Shown one piece after another: positions 34,693-34,889 of a stretch of DNA of 34,889 nucleotides. The DNA comes from Chiloscyllium plagiosum. Lineage: Eukaryota. The notes beneath the pieces are model-generated. The model worked only from the letters and a program-made list of their open reading frames with translations, was not told the origin of the DNA and made no database searches. The translations under genes were made by a program, and so were the position numbers. Each line of letters opens with the position of its first letter. Positions within the stretch are counted from its first letter, which is position 1. Where the stretch lies: assembly GCF_004010195.1 (NCBI RefSeq), contig NC_057718.1, positions 33,026,184 through 33,061,072 of the forward strand. The letters are read 5' to 3'.

Positions 34693-34889
34693 TACGTTCG
34701 AGACACCACCAATGCCCTCCACCTCCACCAAGACTTCTGTTTCCCCGGCCCCCAACGCCTCATCTTCACCATGGATGTCCAATCCCTCTACATCTCCATC
34801 CGTCATGACCAAGGCCTCCAAGCCCTCCGTTTTCTCCTCTCTAGACGTCCCCAACAGTACCCTTCCACCCACACTCTCATTCGTTTGGC
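34693..34889 (+). mobile_element. Penelope-like element reverse transcriptase fragment; continues off the right edge
   Basis: Open frame YVRDTTNALHLHQDFCFPGPQRLIFTMDVQSLYISIRHDQGLQALRFLLSRRPQQYPSTHTLIRL; FTMDVxSLY is the PLE RT motif A region. Confidence 0.88.

Overview
Eukaryotic, repeat-dominated genomic DNA, most likely from a cartilaginous fish (shark). That assignment is inferred from HE1-type V-SINEs, DeuSINE-like SINEs and the CR1/Penelope repeat types. I see no intact host protein-coding gene, rRNA, tRNA or CRISPR array; nearly all recognisable ORFs are decayed retrotransposon fragments. Contents: about ten CR1 LINE copies (two keep the zinc-finger/esterase ORF1), one Rex1/Babar LINE, tRNA-derived SINEs, Penelope-like element (PLE) remnants (GIY-YIG C-terminus and RT), a Tigger-type DNA transposon end, LTR-like relics and a 541-N assembly gap. 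Most interesting: (1) eight 120-215 bp, mostly fold-back, non-coding PLE-derived insertions in two families, each with its own target-site duplication (TSD), most carrying a minimal type I hammerhead ribozyme core, with three cores intact; (2) two CR1 copies interrupted by inverted copies of nearby sequence, which look like locally templated insertions. All alignments were done by eye, so boundaries are approximate and family names need a repeat-library search.
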